Shown: in pieces, positions 61,091 to 64,000 of the stretch
How positions within the stretch are numbered: position 1 is the first letter of the stretch
Layout of the letters: each line of letters opens with the position of its first letter
Source of the DNA: the human T2T-CHM13v2.0 reference genome, Homo sapiens
Direction: 5' to 3'
Assembly: GCA_009914755.4 (NCBI GenBank)
Contig: CP068257.2
Span: 27,136,001-27,200,000 of the forward strand
DNA: 64,000 bases
Translations under genes and position numbers: made by a program
Notes under the pieces: model-generated
Told to the model about the DNA's origin: nothing
What the model saw: the letters and a program-made list of their open reading frames with translations, nothing else
Database searches by the model: none

Positions 61091-61299
61091 TCCCAAGAAA
61101 GGCCTGTTTTCATGACTGCTCTTTGACCAGCTTCTGGGAATTAAACTGTTAGAATGTTCCAAGAACTAAGAGTATTTTTCTCACATGGGTTCTTGAGCCA
61201 TACTATACCAGTTTGTCTGCATACGTGTGCAACGTGGTTTATGCTTGCTTCTGGGAGCCTGGAGCTTCAATGGCACAAGTCATGTGCCTATGTGAATGA

Positions 61300-64000
61300 T
61301 CCCCAACAAAAACCCTAGACTCGCTCAATCATGGCAGATGGGAGGTAGGACTAGATTGCAACTCCAGACAGAGCAGTGTGCAAGGTCTTGCATTGTGAAT
61401 TTTAGCTCCAGATCAACTGCAAGAACAAACCAGCAATCCTGAGAGGACCCACAGACCCTCTGAAGGAAGCAGACAGCTCCTACAGGACCTGGGAGACCCC
61501 CCAAAACTGTGAGTGCCCCAACCTTGGAAGCAGAAAATGGAGACCCTCCTTTCCTGAACTCACACTCCCACTGGAGAAGCTGAAGGTCTGTTTGCAGGAG
61601 AATTTTCTTACTTTACCTGAAGCTGAGTCAATCTAGAGAGCTGAGTGAAATTCAGGGGCAGAGGAAGTGGCAGAAAGGCTCTGGGAACTCACTGGCTCCC
61701 CTAGCAGGCCATTCCTGCCTGTCACCACAGGGATCCAACAGGAGAGGAGCAGGGGATAAAACTACACAAGGAGAAGGAAATCTCTAGCTGAACTATGTAA
61801 CAATTAGAACGGGGGTTGAAGCCTCCTGGCCAGAACTCAGGGGAGGGCACAAATCCGGCATGCAGACTCCAAAGGCAAGGGAAGACCCAAGCCCCTTTCT
61901 TTTGTAGCGTGGAGGTGGGTAGACTGAGGCAGGTTTTCAAACCCATATTGCTCTCCACCTGGAAATGAATGGGGATCTGGTGGTGGGGGCATGGTGGGAG
62001 TGAGATGGGCCCTTCAGTTCGCACGGGAGCTGGGTGAGGCCTGTAACTGCTGGCTTTCCCCTACTTCCTAGACAACCTGCATGACTCAGCAGAGGCAGCC
62101 ATAATCCTCCTAGGTACACAACTCCAGTGGCCTGGGAATCTCACCCCCATCCCCCACAGTAGCTGCAGCAAGACCCACCCAAGGAGAGCCTGAATTCAGA
62201 CAGGCCTAGCCCAGCTCCCACCTGATGGTCCTTCCCTATCCACCCTGGTCACGGAAGACAAAGGGCATATAATCTTGAGAGTTCTAGGGCCCCACCCACC
62301 ACCAGTTCCTCCCCATACTACTACAGCTAATGCTGTCTGGAAAATGCCACCTCCTGGCAGAAGGTCAACCAGCACAAAAACAGCATTGAACCACCAAAGC
62401 AAAGGACCCTCATGGAGTCCATTGCACCCCACGCCCCCTCCACCAGAACAGGCACTGGTATCCATGGCTGAGAGACACATAGATGGTTCACGTAACAGGA
62501 CACTGTGCAGAAAACCCCCAGTACCAGCCCAGAACTGCGTAGACTCACTGGGTGGCTAGACCCAGAAGACAGACAAAAATCACTGCAGTTCATCTCACAG
62601 GAAGTCACATCCATAGGAAAAGGGGGAGAGTACTACATCAAGGGAACAACCCGTGGGAGAACCTGAACAATAGCCTTCAGTCCTAGACCTTCCCTTTGAC
62701 AGAGCCTACCCAAATGAGAAGGAACCAGAAAACCAACCCAGGTAATACTACAAAACAAGGCTCTTCAACACCCCCAAAAAACCACATTAGTTCACCAGCA
62801 ATGGATCCAAACCAAGAAGAAATCCCTGATTTACCTGAAAAAGAATTCAGGAGGTTAGTTATTAAGCTAATAAGGGAGGGACCAGAGAAAGGCAAAGTTC
62901 AATGCAAGGAAATCCAAAAAATGATACAGGAAGTAAAGGGAGAAATATTCAAGGAAATAGACGGCTTAAAGAAAAACAATCAAAAATTCAGGAAATTTTG
63001 GACCACTTTTAGAAATGCAAAATGCTGTGGAAAATCTCAGCAATAGAATTGAACAAGTAGAAGAAAGAAATTCAGAGCTCAATGACATGGTCGTCAAATT
63101 AACCCAGTCCAACAAAGACAAAGAAAAAAAAAATGAGAAAATATGAACAAAGCCTCCAAGAAGTCTGGGATTATGCTAAACAACCAAACGTAATAATCAG
63201 TGTTCTTGAGAAAAAAGACAATTCTAAAAGCTTGGGAAACATATTTTGGGGAATAATTGAGGAAAACTTCCTCAGCCTTGCTAGAGACATAGACATGTAA
63301 ATACAAGAAGCACAAAGAACACCTGGGAAATTCATCGCAAAAAGATCTTCACCTAGGCACATTGTCATCAGCTTATCCAAAGTTAAGACGAAGGAAAGAA
63401 TCTTAAGAGCTGTGAGACAGAAGCACTAGGTAACCTAGCAAGCAAAACCTATCAGATTAACAGCAGATTTCTCAACAGAAACCCTACAAGCTAGAAGGGA
63501 TTGGGGCCCTATCTTCAGCCTCCTCAAACAAAACAATTATTAGCCAAGAATTCTGTATCCAGAAAAACTAAGCATCATATATGAAGGAAAGATAGTCTTT
63601 TTTAGACAAACAAATGCTAAGAGAATTCGCCATTACCAAGCCACCACTACAAGAACTGCTAAAAGGAGCTCTAAATCTTGAAAAAAAATCCTGGAGGAAA
63701 CACATCAAAACAGAACCTTTTTAAAGCATAAATCACACAGGACCTATAAAACAAAAATACAAGCTAAAAAGCAAAAACAAAAAACAAAAACAAAGTATAC
63801 AGGCAACAAAGAGCACAATGAATGCAATGGTACCTCACATTTCAATACTAACATTGAATGTAAATGATGTAAATGCTCCACTTAAAAGATACTGAACCAC
63901 AGAATGGATAAGAACTCACCAACCAACCATCTGCTGCCTTCAGGGGACTCAGCTAACACATAAGGACTCACATAAACTTAAAGTAAAGCGGTTAAAAAAA
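61300..64000 (+). mobile_element. Old primate LINE-1 (L1PB/L1MA-like) 5' end: 5'UTR, degenerate ORF1 and the start of ORF2; runs off the window edge
   Basis: ORF1 remnant in the older-L1 form (see below), followed by the ORF2 start region '...caatggtacctcacatttcaatactaacattgaatgtaaatgatgtaaatgctccacttaaaagatactgaaccacagaatggataagaactcaccaaccaaccatctgctgccttcaggggactcagctaacacataaggactcacataaacttaaagtaaagcgg' (consensus 'MTGSNSHITILTLNINGLNSPIKRHRLASWIKSQDPSVCCIQETHLTCKDTHRLKIKGWRKI'), now disrupted by stops. The 5' boundary is uncertain. Confidence 0.7.
62714..63046 (+). pseudogene. L1 ORF1 remnant (frameshifted, non-functional)
   Basis: The ORF-track peptide 'MTEPTQMRRNQKTNPGNTTKQGSSTPPKNHISSPAMDPNQEEIPDLPEKEFRRLVIKLIREGPEKGKVQCKEIQKMIQEVKGEIFKEIDGLKKNNQ...' matches the N-terminal and coiled-coil region of ORF1p from older L1P/L1M subfamilies. 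The first in-frame ATG is at 62714; the track uses an upstream TTG. It terminates prematurely, and the downstream ORF1 sequence ('...NRIEQVEERNSELNDMVVKLTQSNKDKEKK...') continues in other frames with stops. Confidence 0.7.

Overview
This window reads as primate (human-like) nuclear genomic DNA: AT-rich, intergenic or intronic in character, and dominated by interspersed repeats. There are at least 14 Alu SINEs, several with clear target-site duplications (TSDs). There are multiple L1 LINE fragments, including one 3.2-kb young-ish L1 with a 5' inversion and a nested Alu, and two older L1 3' ends lying head-to-head. A ~1.7-kb solo LTR12 (HERV-9 LTR) with an expanded array of CCAAT-box repeats has inserted, together with an Alu, into an older Tc1/mariner-type DNA transposon. 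Two THE1/MST-type LTRs, several older MaLR/MLT-type LTR fragments, MIR SINEs and an ERV1-type solo LTR are also present. Simple repeats include long compound GAAA/GGAA tracts grown from Alu tails, TA/TG/CA tracts, (GTT)n, and two local tandem duplications (2x32 bp and 2x~130 bp). I found no convincing protein-coding exon, rRNA, tRNA or CRISPR array, and nothing resembling a prokaryotic operon or a defence system. Essentially every ORF in the six-frame track of ~60 aa or more falls inside a transposable element (L1 ORF1/ORF2 remnants, Alu, LTR12) or a low-complexity repeat. The prompt's suggestion of an undescribed biological system is therefore not supported by what I can read. The worthwhile observations are structural and regulatory: the nested-insertion locus with an LTR12 CCAAT array that could act as a cryptic promoter, unusual Alu and L1 rearrangements, probably polymorphic microsatellites and VNTR-like duplications, and a ~10-kb stretch free of young repeats. 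Family names for the older LTR and DNA elements are from memory of consensus sequences and remain tentative. Coordinates are read by eye and are accurate to roughly +/-10 bp.
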